Source: Candidatus Limnocylindrales bacterium (GTDB lineage: Bacteria; Moduliflexota; Moduliflexia; Moduliflexales; JAUQPW01). Taken from it: DNA of 64,000 nt. Below the pieces are notes generated by a model that was not told the DNA's origin, searched no databases, and saw only the letters and a list, made by a program, of their open reading frames with translations. The stretch's first letter is position 1. Each line of letters starts with the position of its first letter. Positions 41,011 through 50,295 of the stretch are shown here, piece by piece. The translations under genes were made by a program, and so were the position numbers. The DNA lies in the NCBI GenBank assembly GCA_035559535.1, contig DATMBG010000050.1, positions 1 through 64,000 on the forward strand. The letters run 5' to 3'.

Positions 41011-42096
41011 ATGAAAAAGAGGGGTTTACGTACCGGCTATACGACCGGATCCTGTGCTGCGGCAGCGGCAAAGGCGGCCACTTTGGCCTTACAACAGCAA
41101 AAGCCGGTAGAAACGGTAACGATTTGGCTCCCAATTCATCGGACTGCGACGTTTCAGCCGATAAACTGGCGCATAACGCCTGAGGAGGCTCATTGTGGTA
41201 TTATCAAGGATGCTGGCGATGATCCCGATGTAACCCACGGCGCGGAAATTTGTGCCACGGTAACCTGGCGGGGGGAACCGGGTATCGAAATTCGAGGCGG
41301 GATTGGGGTCGGTACGGTTACGAAACCGGGATTGGGACTAGAGGTGGGAGGGCCTGCCATCAATCGGGTTCCGCGTCGGATGATTACCTACTCTGTGGAA
41401 GAGGCCCTTACTTCTTCCTCTCTTTCCCGTGGGGTCTGCGTTACCATTTCTGTTCCGAAGGGAGAGGAGTTGGCGAAAAAAACCACCAATCCCCGATTAG
41501 GCATTTTGGGAGGGATTTCGATTTTGGGTACCACAGGAATTGTTAAGCCTTACTCTACGGCCTCGTGGAGGGCCAGTGTGATTCAGGCTATTAATGTGGC
41601 CGCTGCCAATGGCTGTCAGGAAATTGTGTTGAGTACAGGGAGTAGTAGCGAAAAATTTGCCCAACAGCTTCGACCTGATCTGCCCGAAATGGCCTTTGTA
41701 GATATGGGCATCTTTACAGGAGATGCTCTAAAAGCCAGTGTTCGGAATAAATTGGCCCGGGTAACGCTTTGTGGAATGATTGGAAAACTCTCAAAGATTG
41801 CCCAGGGACATTTTCAAACCCACGTTGCCGGAAATCAGGTGGACCTTGGTTTTTTAGCGAATATAGCCGAACAGTGTGGGGCTCCCGAGTCTGTTCTGAT
41901 GGAAATTCGAACGGGTAATACGGCCCGTCATTTCATGGAAATCGCTCTGGCACACGGCCTTAAAGAGGTCTTCCCCCTCATCTGTCGGCGGGTCTGTCAA
42001 CAATGTTTTGATTATATCCAAGGTCAGATAACCGTTGAAGTTATTCTCTTTGATTTCGACGGAAAAGTATTAGGACATGCCAGCACCGAGTCCTAA
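41011..42096 (+). CDS. cbiD: Cobalt-precorrin-5B C1-methyltransferase
   Basis: LRTGYTTGSCAAAAAKAA, KDAGDDPDVTHGA, NPRLGILGGISILGTTGIV. Confidence 0.96.
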   Translation: MKKRGLRTGYTTGSCAAAAAKAATLALQQQKPVETVTIWLPIHRTATFQPINWRITPEEAHCGIIKDAGDDPDVTHGAEICATVTWRGEPGIEIRGGIGVGTVTKPGLGLEVGGPAINRVPRRMITYSVEEALTSSSLSRGVCVTISVPKGEELAKKTTNPRLGILGGISILGTTGIVKPYSTASWRASVIQAINVAAANGCQEIVLSTGSSSEKFAQQLRPDLPEMAFVDMGIFTGDALKASVRNKLARVTLCGMIGKLSKIAQGHFQTHVAGNQVDLGFLANIAEQCGAPESVLMEIRTGNTARHFMEIALAHGLKEVFPLICRRVCQQCFDYIQGQITVEVILFDFDGKVLGHASTES

Positions 42097-42154
42097 GTGT
42101 TGAGTTCTGGGGATTGAGTAAAAACTCCGCACTCCGCACTCAGGACTACTGGAT

Positions 42155-43471
42155 GTGATCAGTATTATCGGTATCACCGATGCAGGGCCGGCTGGTCTGC
42201 CGGTTAAAGTGTTAGATCGTATACAATCTGCCGAGGTTTTATGCGGTGGAGAGCGACACCTGGCCCTTTTTTCAGAGGTAAAGCCGAAGCATTCGATCGG
42301 ATTTGAACGGTGGCTGATCAAAAACAATTTAGCCGAGTTGACTCAATATTTGAAGCAAGAAGCTACCCGGAAACAGATTGTTGTCCTGGCCTCTGGAGAC
42401 CCTAATTTCTATGGGATTGGTAGTTATCTTAGTCGGCATTTACCCAAGGATTGGATAGAAATCTTTCCCAATGTTACCACCGTGCAGTTGGCCTTTGCAC
42501 GTATCAAAGAATCCTGGCAGGATGCCGTGGTAGTTAGTGTGCACGGTCGACCCATTGATCCCATCATTGAAGTTGTTCGACGACATCCTAAAGTAGCCAT
42601 TTTTACAGATCCTGATCATACCCCAGGGGTAGTCGCCAAAGCTCTTCTGGCAGCCGGTATTTCTAAACGGCGGGCAGTGGTTTGTGAACATTTGGATGGG
42701 GTTCAGGAACGAATTGTAGAAACAACTCTGGAAGCTCTTCCGGATCAATCGTTCGATCCCCTGAATATTCTCATCCTTTTAGATGAGAGGGGAAGGGAAG
42801 AGGAGGAGAAAAGAAGGGAATCGTCCGCATCTATCTATCCCATATCCTTCTCTTCCCCTGCTTTTTCCGTTTTGGGAATTCCCGATACGGAATTTACTGC
42901 AAAAAAGGGATTGATGACCCGACAAGAGATTCGGGTCATCAGTCTGGCTAAATTGCAGTTAAGGGAGGATAGCATAGTCTGGGATATCGGTGCAGGGAGT
43001 GGTTCTCTATCCATCGAAGCAAGCCGGATTGCCCGTGAAGGGAAGATCTTTGCGGTGGAGAAAGACGAAGAGTGTATCCGGCATATCCGGAACAATTGTG
43101 CTAAGTTTGGAATAACCCGAATTAACCTGACCGAAGGTTGGGCGCCGGAAGCCTGTCGAGACTGGCCGTCACCCGATGCCGTATTTATAGGTGGAAGTGG
43201 GGGAAAAATGAAAGAAATTCTGGATATGATTTTTTCCCGGCTTCGTCCAAACGGTCACCTGGTTCTCAACCTGATCTCTTTAGAGCGGCTTTATGAAGTG
43301 ATGGAACGTCTTCGAGCTCAGGGTTGGATTCCAGAAATTACCCAGGTTTCCATCGCCCGGAGTAAAGAAATCCTGGATATGACGCGATTAGTCCCTCTAG
43401 ATCCGGTTTTTATTGTGTCCGCACGAAATGAAAGACCCGGAGACATCGAGGCGCGGGGACCCGGAAATTAG
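42155..43471 (+). CDS. cbiET: Bifunctional precorrin-6Y C5,15-methyltransferase (CbiE-CbiT fusion)
   Basis: LASGDPNFYGIG, SVHGR, then WDIGAGSGSLSIE, PDAVFIGGSGG. Confidence 0.92.
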   Translation: MISIIGITDAGPAGLPVKVLDRIQSAEVLCGGERHLALFSEVKPKHSIGFERWLIKNNLAELTQYLKQEATRKQIVVLASGDPNFYGIGSYLSRHLPKDWIEIFPNVTTVQLAFARIKESWQDAVVVSVHGRPIDPIIEVVRRHPKVAIFTDPDHTPGVVAKALLAAGISKRRAVVCEHLDGVQERIVETTLEALPDQSFDPLNILILLDERGREEEEKRRESSASIYPISFSSPAFSVLGIPDTEFTAKKGLMTRQEIRVISLAKLQLREDSIVWDIGAGSGSLSIEASRIAREGKIFAVEKDEECIRHIRNNCAKFGITRINLTEGWAPEACRDWPSPDAVFIGGSGGKMKEILDMIFSRLRPNGHLVLNLISLERLYEVMERLRAQGWIPEITQVSIARSKEILDMTRLVPLDPVFIVSARNERPGDIEARGPGN

Positions 43472-43512
43472 TTCCTGGTCTTGCGCTTCAAAAAGCTCCC
43501 CGGTGCGTTATC

Positions 43513-44262
43513 ATGGCTTATGGCACTCTCTATGCAGTTGGAGTAGGACCTGGAGATCCTGAGTTGATTACTCTTAAAGGATTACGCCGACTTCAGTCCG
43601 CTTCGGTCATTTTAGTTCCTCAAAAAGATTCTTCAACGGAAAGCCAGGCTTATCGAATTGCTAAGACCTATATCAATCCGGAGCGCCAGAAAATTATTTT
43701 TCTTCCGCTACCCATGACGAAAGATTTAAAGCGACTCAATTCGGCCTGGGAGGAGATCCTTAAGAAGGTTATCCCGGTTCTGGAAGCGGGACAAGATATG
43801 GTTTATATCCTGGTAGGAGATCCCTTTTTCTATGGAACCTTTATTTATCTTTTCAAGCTTTTAAAAAGTCGAAGCCCCTCTATTCCCATTGAAGTGATCC
43901 CGGGGATCTCTTCTATTCAAGCGGCTTCTGCCTGGGTCCAGTGGCCTCTGGCCGTAGCCGAGGAACGGGTAGCTATTCTACCGGCTACCTATGAGGAAGG
44001 GGAATTCGGGGATTACGCGGGTCGTGCGGGCCCGATCTCTCCTTTTCTGCGCCAGACCCTGGAACAATTCGATACCGTGGTGTTAATGAAGATTCACCGG
44101 GTTTTTGACAAAGTCTTGAACCTTCTGGAGGAGTTAGGTCTGCTAGAAAATACCATCTATGTGGAGAAAGTAGGATTTCCAGAAGAACGTATGGTACGAG
44201 ACCTTAGAACCTTACGGGGTAGGGAGCTTCCTTACCTTTCTTTACTCATCATCAAGAAATAG
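43513..44262 (+). CDS. cbiL: Precorrin-2 C20-methyltransferase
   Basis: GVGPGDPELITLKG, GDPFFYGTF, IPGISS, VLMK, YLSLL. Confidence 0.93.
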   Translation: MAYGTLYAVGVGPGDPELITLKGLRRLQSASVILVPQKDSSTESQAYRIAKTYINPERQKIIFLPLPMTKDLKRLNSAWEEILKKVIPVLEAGQDMVYILVGDPFFYGTFIYLFKLLKSRSPSIPIEVIPGISSIQAASAWVQWPLAVAEERVAILPATYEEGEFGDYAGRAGPISPFLRQTLEQFDTVVLMKIHRVFDKVLNLLEELGLLENTIYVEKVGFPEERMVRDLRTLRGRELPYLSLLIIKK

Positions 44263-44316
44263 AGGTCGAAAGGCCGGAAGTTACAATTTTAACTTTCGAC
44301 CGGAGTACGGGCATAG

Positions 44317-44361
44317 CCCCTCCTTCTCCCTCCCCGTGTACAGGGAGGGTAGGGGTGGGGT
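44317..44361. repeat. Short GC-rich palindrome (REP-like)
   Basis: ccctccccgtgtacagggaggg with flanking cccc/gggg; resembles the element at 48026-48142. Confidence 0.5.
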
Positions 44362-44378
44362 CCTGACAGTTTGGGTTT

Positions 44379-46361
44379 GTGAAAGGAAAAGTCTATTTTA
44401 TTGGAGCTGGACCGGGTGATCCGGAATATCTGACGGTAAAGGGAAAACAGATTTTGGAAAAGGCCGATTTTATTTTGTACGCAGATTCTTTGGTTAGCCC
44501 TGAGATCCGTCGATTTGCAAAATCCGATGCCAGGATAGAAGGGAGTTCTCACCTTCATCTGGATGAAATTATGGCCAAAATCATCCAGGCTGCCCGGGAA
44601 GGTCAGATAGTGGCCCGGGTCCATAGTGGAGATCCGAGCCTGTACGGGGCCATTCAGGAGCAAATCGTCCGTTTAAATGAAGCCGGGATTCCCTATGAAG
44701 TGATCCCGGGGGTTAGCTCGATATTTGCCGCTGCTGCAAGATTAGGAATCGAATTGACGGTTCCAGAAGTGGCTCAAACCCTTATTTTAACCCGGATAGG
44801 GGGTCGTACACCGATGCCTCCCCAGGAGGAATTAAGAAAATTGGCGGTCCATCAAACCACCCTGGCTATTTTTCTCAGTGCCTCTCATATCCGAAAAGTT
44901 GTAGAAGAATTGAGAGAAGGAGGTTATAGTCCAACTACTCCGGTAGCGGTCCTGTACCGGATTACCTGGCCCGATGAACAGGTTATTCTAACCACTCTGG
45001 ATCGGGTTGCCGAAGAAGTTATCCGGAGCAGAATTACCAAACAAGCCCTTATTTTGGTAGGACCTGCCCTGAAATCGTTAATCGACCTTGACAGGGATCG
45101 AGGGGAAGACCTTAAAACCTCCCGCCTTTATGATCGTACCTTTAACCACCTTTTTCGTAAAACCGATTTAAGAAAAGAATGGGAAAGTAAAGAGGTGAAA
45201 GGGGAAGAGGCAGGACTAAAATCCTCTGAACTTCCTTTCGGAGAGTTGGGAATTATTGCCCGAAGTTATCCCGGTGCCGAATTAGCCCGGAAGCTTCATC
45301 ATCTGTTACCAGATAGCCAGCTTTATTTACCTGAAGATGTAAGGCAAAGGGTTATTTTGTCCAAAGAACTGCAGGGTGTTGTATTTTATAACGGTTCGGT
45401 TATTTCTCTGCTTCAAGATATTTTCACATCCCATCGGGGGTTGGTACTTTGTATGCCTCTAGGCATTGTAGTTCGAGCTCTAGGGAAGTTAGCCGGAGAT
45501 AAGCGGTCAGATCCAGCCGTAGTCGTTGTGGATGAAGCGGGGAGATTTGCCATCAGTGTCCTTTCAGGCCATTTAGGTGGGGCCAATCAACTCGCCCGAC
45601 AAATTGCCGATTTACTGGGTGGTCAGGCCGTAATTACCACGGCATCGGAAGTTCATGATACCCTGGCCGTAGATTTACTGGGTAAACCATGGGGATGGCA
45701 TCTGGTTAACCCGGACCAGATAACTCCGGTGAGTGCTGCGGTGATTAATCGGGAACCTGTAGGGATTTATCAGGATTCCGGAGAGCGAAATTGGTGGTCT
45801 TCTCATCAACCCCTTCCGGGGAATATTCGTCTTTATACGGAACTGGAAGAGTTGAGAAAATCAGATTGCAAAGCGCTGATCCTGATCACACACTGGGAAA
45901 ATAAAACGGTACCCGGGACCTCCTCCCTTCTCCCTTTGTGTCCTGTGGTAATCTATCGACCTAAAAGTCTTGTGGTCGGAATCGGATGTACCCGGGGTAT
46001 CTCTGCGGAGGAGGTAGAAGAGGCCTTATTTTCTTTATTAAAACGCCATCAACTGGCCTTTGAGAGTATCCGAAATCTGGCTACTATAGACTTAAAAAAA
46101 GAGGAAACGGGATTGAGAGTTTTCAGTGAGAAATATCGTTTATCCCTCGATATATTTAGTAAGGATCAAATTAACACCGTTAAAGATCTTCCCCATCCCT
46201 CTGAAGTCGTTTTTAAACAGATAGGAGTATGGGGAGTTTGTGAACCTGCCGCCCTGCTAAGCGCCCAACGTCAATCACCCTGTCAGAAGGCCAGGCTTTT
46301 AGTAGAGAAATCTATCTATGATCGGATAACCCTGGCCATTGCAGAAATTGATTTTGGGTAG
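44379..46361 (+). CDS. CbiF (precorrin-4 C11-methyltransferase) fused to CbiG (cobalt-precorrin-5A hydrolase)
   Basis: N-half GAGPGDPE, YADSLV, RVHSGDPSLYGAIQEQ; C-half GIVVR, DPAVVVVDE, SVLSGHLGGAN, VITTAS, GIGC, GVCEPAAL. Confidence 0.93.
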   Translation: MKGKVYFIGAGPGDPEYLTVKGKQILEKADFILYADSLVSPEIRRFAKSDARIEGSSHLHLDEIMAKIIQAAREGQIVARVHSGDPSLYGAIQEQIVRLNEAGIPYEVIPGVSSIFAAAARLGIELTVPEVAQTLILTRIGGRTPMPPQEELRKLAVHQTTLAIFLSASHIRKVVEELREGGYSPTTPVAVLYRITWPDEQVILTTLDRVAEEVIRSRITKQALILVGPALKSLIDLDRDRGEDLKTSRLYDRTFNHLFRKTDLRKEWESKEVKGEEAGLKSSELPFGELGIIARSYPGAELARKLHHLLPDSQLYLPEDVRQRVILSKELQGVVFYNGSVISLLQDIFTSHRGLVLCMPLGIVVRALGKLAGDKRSDPAVVVVDEAGRFAISVLSGHLGGANQLARQIADLLGGQAVITTASEVHDTLAVDLLGKPWGWHLVNPDQITPVSAAVINREPVGIYQDSGERNWWSSHQPLPGNIRLYTELEELRKSDCKALILITHWENKTVPGTSSLLPLCPVVIYRPKSLVVGIGCTRGISAEEVEEALFSLLKRHQLAFESIRNLATIDLKKEETGLRVFSEKYRLSLDIFSKDQINTVKDLPHPSEVVFKQIGVWGVCEPAALLSAQRQSPCQKARLLVEKSIYDRITLAIAEIDFG

Positions 46362-46386
46362 TTGTCTGGAAGATCGGTTTATTTTT

Positions 46387-47196
46387 ATGAACGGTAAACT
46401 TTATCTGGTAGGAATAGGCCCTGGTAGCCTGGAACATATGACCTATGCGGCCCGGAGAGCCATTGAAGAAAGTCAGATTCTTATTGGCTATCGTGTTTAT
46501 ATCGATTGGATTGCTAAGGATCCTGCCGGGTCTTCGTTACTGGAGGGTAAGCAGATCATCCGTAAGGAAATTACAGAGGAAAGGGTACGGGCTCGTTTAT
46601 CAATTGAAAAGGCTTGCGAGGGGAATATCGTTGCACTGATTTCCGGTGGAGATGCAGGAATTTATGCCATGGCAGGATTGGTCTTTGAGATCTTATCCGA
46701 GTGGAAGGAGAGTAAAACCCGGTTACCTCCCCTTGAGGTCATACCCGGAATTACAGCCGCGCAGGCAGCGGCTTCTCTGCTGGGTGCACCACTCATGAAC
46801 GATTTTGCCTGTATCAGCCTGAGTGATCTTTTAACTCCCTGGGATCAAATTGCCCTGCGACTTCAGGCTGCAGCCCAGGCTGATTTTGTAATCTGTCTTT
46901 ATAATCCTCAAAGCCGCCAGAGAACCTGGCAAATTCAAGAAGCTCGACGTATTTTGCTTCGTTATAGATCACCGGAGACCCCGGTGGGGATTGTAAGTAA
47001 TGCCTATCGAGAGGGACAAGAGGTAGTGATAACAACTCTGGAAAAGATGATCCACCATCCGATTCATATGTCAACGGTTCTTATTATTGGAAATCGCTCG
47101 ACGTGGGTTCTGGATGAGTGGCTGGTGACTCCCAGGAGGTTTTCCGGCTCCTCCTGCGGAGATGGTTTCGAGGGTTCAGGTAATTTCAAAAAATGA
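46387..47196 (+). CDS. cbiH: Precorrin-3B C17-methyltransferase
   Basis: VGIGPG, SGGDAGIYAMAG, LGAPLMNDFACISLSDLLTPW, LYNP, TPR; start placed at ATG 46387. Confidence 0.94.
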   Translation: MNGKLYLVGIGPGSLEHMTYAARRAIEESQILIGYRVYIDWIAKDPAGSSLLEGKQIIRKEITEERVRARLSIEKACEGNIVALISGGDAGIYAMAGLVFEILSEWKESKTRLPPLEVIPGITAAQAAASLLGAPLMNDFACISLSDLLTPWDQIALRLQAAAQADFVICLYNPQSRQRTWQIQEARRILLRYRSPETPVGIVSNAYREGQEVVITTLEKMIHHPIHMSTVLIIGNRSTWVLDEWLVTPRRFSGSSCGDGFEGSGNFKK

Positions 47197-47960
47197 ATGA
47201 AGAAGCAAAACCCATGGGTAAAGTTTATCTGGTTGGAGCAGGCCCTGGAGACCCGGGACTTATTACTTTGAAGGGGATCCAATGTATTCAACAGGCCGAT
47301 GTAATCTTGTATGATTACCTGGCTTCTGAAGAGTTATTAAGGTATGCTGCACCGGGGGCCGAAATCATCTATGTAGGTAAGCAGGCCAGTAACTTCCAGA
47401 CCGATCAAAAAATAATTAACCAGAAGATGATTGAGGGGGCAAGATCCGGGAAGATCGTAACCCGATTGAAGGGAGGGGATCCCTTTGTTTTTGGTCGGGG
47501 TGGGGAGGAAGCAGAAGTTCTGGCCGAGGCCGGAATCCCCTTTGAAATAGTTCCCGGGGTGACTTCAGCCATTGCCGTTCCTGCCTATGCCGGAATTCCC
47601 GTTACCCATCGATCTTATAGTTCCATGGTTACCATTTTAACGGGCCATGAAAGCTCCCATAAGAGCGAATTTCAAATCGACTGGAGCTTGCTGGCTCGGG
47701 AAGGACAAACTTTAGTCATTTTAATGGGGCTTAGAAATCTCCCTTACATCGTTAAGCAGCTCCTGGAATACGGTAAGCCCCCTCAGACTCCGGTGGCCCT
47801 CATTGAATGGGGTACAGTAGCCGAACAGAAAGTGGCCATAGGGAACTTACAAAATATCGTCGAAAAAGCCGTCGAGCAGAACTTCAAACCTCCTACGACG
47901 ATCATTATCGGCGAGGTCGTCCAATTACACAAGAAATTGAATTGGTTCGGTAAAACGTAG
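47193..47960 (+). CDS. cobA: Uroporphyrinogen-III C-methyltransferase (SUMT)
   Basis: VGAGPGDPGLIT, RLKGGDPFVFGRGGEE, AGIPVTHR, LMG. Confidence 0.95.
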   Translation: MNEEAKPMGKVYLVGAGPGDPGLITLKGIQCIQQADVILYDYLASEELLRYAAPGAEIIYVGKQASNFQTDQKIINQKMIEGARSGKIVTRLKGGDPFVFGRGGEEAEVLAEAGIPFEIVPGVTSAIAVPAYAGIPVTHRSYSSMVTILTGHESSHKSEFQIDWSLLAREGQTLVILMGLRNLPYIVKQLLEYGKPPQTPVALIEWGTVAEQKVAIGNLQNIVEKAVEQNFKPPTTIIIGEVVQLHKKLNWFGKT

Positions 47961-48025
47961 GAAACTCCTTTAAAAATTTTTAAGGTATTACACCGTTTAC
48001 TTAATTTTGTTTGACTTTTAAGCGA

Positions 48026-48142
48026 CCCTTACCTTCGGTCCCTCTCCCACGCTGCAGAAGAAAGGAGCCGATGGATTTCCGGGCCGATTCCCCAGGTGCC
48101 TCCTCTCCCGAAGCTTCGGGAGAGAGATTGGGGGTGAGGGGG
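48026..48142. repeat. REP-like nested palindrome between convergent operons
   Basis: cccttacc..ccctctccc ... cctctcccgaagcttcgggagag ... ggggtgaggg. Confidence 0.55.
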
Positions 48143-48224
48143 AATCACATAGTATTTATCTTTCTATAACCTTAACAAATGGACTTTTCCTTATTAAGAA
48201 ATTCAGTATCTCAATTTTACTGTT

Positions 48225-48875
48225 TCAAGGTTCAAGCGCTACAGAGGTTTCTTTACCCTCTTCGATCTTCACCTCATAGGTTTTATCTATCTGTTTCGGT
48301 GTGAGGAGCTCGTTCCACACCTTAAGTTTCCAGATTCCGATGGGGACATCGGCAATCTTGAACTTGCCGTCTGAATCCGTTACTGCAAAGTAAGGAGTTT
48401 TGACCACTACTATGTAGGCCACCATTTCGGGATGAAGCGAACAAAGTTGTGTATAAACCCCAGGTCGTTTAAACGTATAGCTCCGCTTTTCACCCTTATT
48501 CAAGAAGCCAAGATTGTATTTCTCACCATCGGGAGATAAAACGCTGTGCTTGAAGCTATCACTATTGAGAAAGTCGACCTGGGTTCCCACCAAGATGGGT
48601 AGAACGCGTGGAATGAAGGTTTTCTCCTTCTGATTCATCACAACAGGTCTCTCCGGCGGTTTAAATTCTTTACCCGGTATCTCTTCGATATAAACCACGC
48701 CGGGGTACTTTTTCATCGAAGGGTGTTGAACCCCGCCCACTAGGGTTCCCGTTTTTTCTTCCCCTTGGGCCGGTAATCTAGAACTCTGAAGTACCTGGAG
48801 CAGAACCATCAAGACTCCTAACCCAAAAAGTGATATTACTTTGAGCCCTGTCAAAGTTTTCATAATCCCTCTCAT
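48225..48875 (-). CDS. Exported cupredoxin-domain protein
   Basis: Signal-peptide-like N-terminus; FLNSDSFKHSV and CSLHPEM supply His/Cys/His/Met type-1 copper ligands; flanking beta segments. Confidence 0.8.
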   Translation of the reverse strand: MRGIMKTLTGLKVISLFGLGVLMVLLQVLQSSRLPAQGEEKTGTLVGGVQHPSMKKYPGVVYIEEIPGKEFKPPERPVVMNQKEKTFIPRVLPILVGTQVDFLNSDSFKHSVLSPDGEKYNLGFLNKGEKRSYTFKRPGVYTQLCSLHPEMVAYIVVVKTPYFAVTDSDGKFKIADVPIGIWKLKVWNELLTPKQIDKTYEVKIEEGKETSVALEP

Positions 48876-48909
48876 ATGAGTTTAAGGGTAATTTTAGGCA
48901 CCAAGATTC

Positions 48910-50295
48910 CTAAAAAGCAAAATCCAAACTCAGGTCAACTGCATCATCACTATGTTTGCTGCTTGCCGGAGTTGCCTTTGTGAAACGTTCATCTTTGGTT
49001 GCAAAGCGCCCTTCCACTAAGACTTTCACGTTTGCCCTCACAAGGAAGGTGAGGCTGGTTATAAACCTTGCCCGGTCTTGATCCCTTTGCAAGCCCGGAA
49101 CATCGGGTAAATCCAGGCTCAGGGCTTCATAGCGCAGAGAAGGTATCACCCAGGGATAGATGAAATATTCCCCCTCAATAAACCAGGACCTGGAGTCGAC
49201 AGATTTGTCGCTCAGGGTTCCATAGGGATTGCCATTGCTTCCCCAGATATAGCCGGTTCCGATCTTAAAGTCCCGGTATTTCCCCTGAATGCCGATACCA
49301 AATCGCCAAAAATCATCATTTCGGTTATCGACTTCATCGCCTGTCAGGTTGACTAAAGCTGTTCCACGATAGCCTAATAAACTGGCAATGATAGAATCAT
49401 CTTGCCAGCCGCCTGTTCCTGAGGTACCCCCTTCCTCCTTCTGTTTACTGCTTGAGCCATCAAATCCAAGACCCTTAAACTTCAAAGCTAACTGGGCATA
49501 GACATCCTTCTGGGAGTTATTGTCCTCGATACTCCCATTATTACCGTTTACAACACCGATGGCGTAGCGCCAGCGGGTTCCAAAACCATTAAGTTCTATG
49601 CCGGGTTGTAGATTACTTTGTTGGAACAAATTTCTTGTAGAGAACCCCTCTGGGTAAGGTAAGGTCCAATTACTGTAAAGATAGGGATTGAACGTCAGCC
49701 TATTCTTGTCTCGGGCTGTGAAGAGCTCCAGTTCATGTCTTCCCAGTTTACCTACGCGAAGGTTAAGTAAATGTTTAGGTCCTAAAAGGTTCTCAAACTG
49801 AAGCGAACCCGTCAACTCGGTTTCAATTTCTTCTTCTTCACTTTCGAATTCAACTTCTGTAAAGAAGGAGAGACTGGTTCCCATAGCTCCAGCGGCAAGG
49901 AGTTCTATTTCTTGAGGCATCTCAAATTGGCTCCGGGCCTCCTTAGTTCCACCTGTATCTACGTTGTAATCCGAGATAATCCTCAGGGCCACTGGGGGAA
50001 ACCCAGGTATATCGGAAGGCCAGATGGCTTTGGGCCAGAGTTTCTTATAGGCTTCCTGTCCCAGAGTAACAGGTTCTTGCTTGATATAAGCCGCATCGTT
50101 ATTGGGGAATTTGTATCCATTGAGTCGAAAAGCCTCCCCAAAAGCATTGAGCCGTGGAAAGGCTTCATGGCAGGTTGCACAGGAGGTGTTATATTTACGT
50201 GCAAAAGCAGGAATGGCCTGAGCTTCCTGAACCATACAGATAAGAATCCCCATTCCAACTATAAAGGCTATTTGGTATTTCTGTAATCCCTTCAT
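48910..50295 (-). CDS. Outer-membrane beta-barrel protein with an N-terminal CxxCH heme-binding motif
   Basis: Signal peptide ending AQA, then IPAFARKYNTSCATCHEAFPRLN; alternating beta-strand pattern; C-terminal LSLDFAF. GGAGG RBS before ATG 50295. Confidence 0.8.
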   Translation of the reverse strand: MKGLQKYQIAFIVGMGILICMVQEAQAIPAFARKYNTSCATCHEAFPRLNAFGEAFRLNGYKFPNNDAAYIKQEPVTLGQEAYKKLWPKAIWPSDIPGFPPVALRIISDYNVDTGGTKEARSQFEMPQEIELLAAGAMGTSLSFFTEVEFESEEEEIETELTGSLQFENLLGPKHLLNLRVGKLGRHELELFTARDKNRLTFNPYLYSNWTLPYPEGFSTRNLFQQSNLQPGIELNGFGTRWRYAIGVVNGNNGSIEDNNSQKDVYAQLALKFKGLGFDGSSSKQKEEGGTSGTGGWQDDSIIASLLGYRGTALVNLTGDEVDNRNDDFWRFGIGIQGKYRDFKIGTGYIWGSNGNPYGTLSDKSVDSRSWFIEGEYFIYPWVIPSLRYEALSLDLPDVPGLQRDQDRARFITSLTFLVRANVKVLVEGRFATKDERFTKATPASSKHSDDAVDLSLDFAF

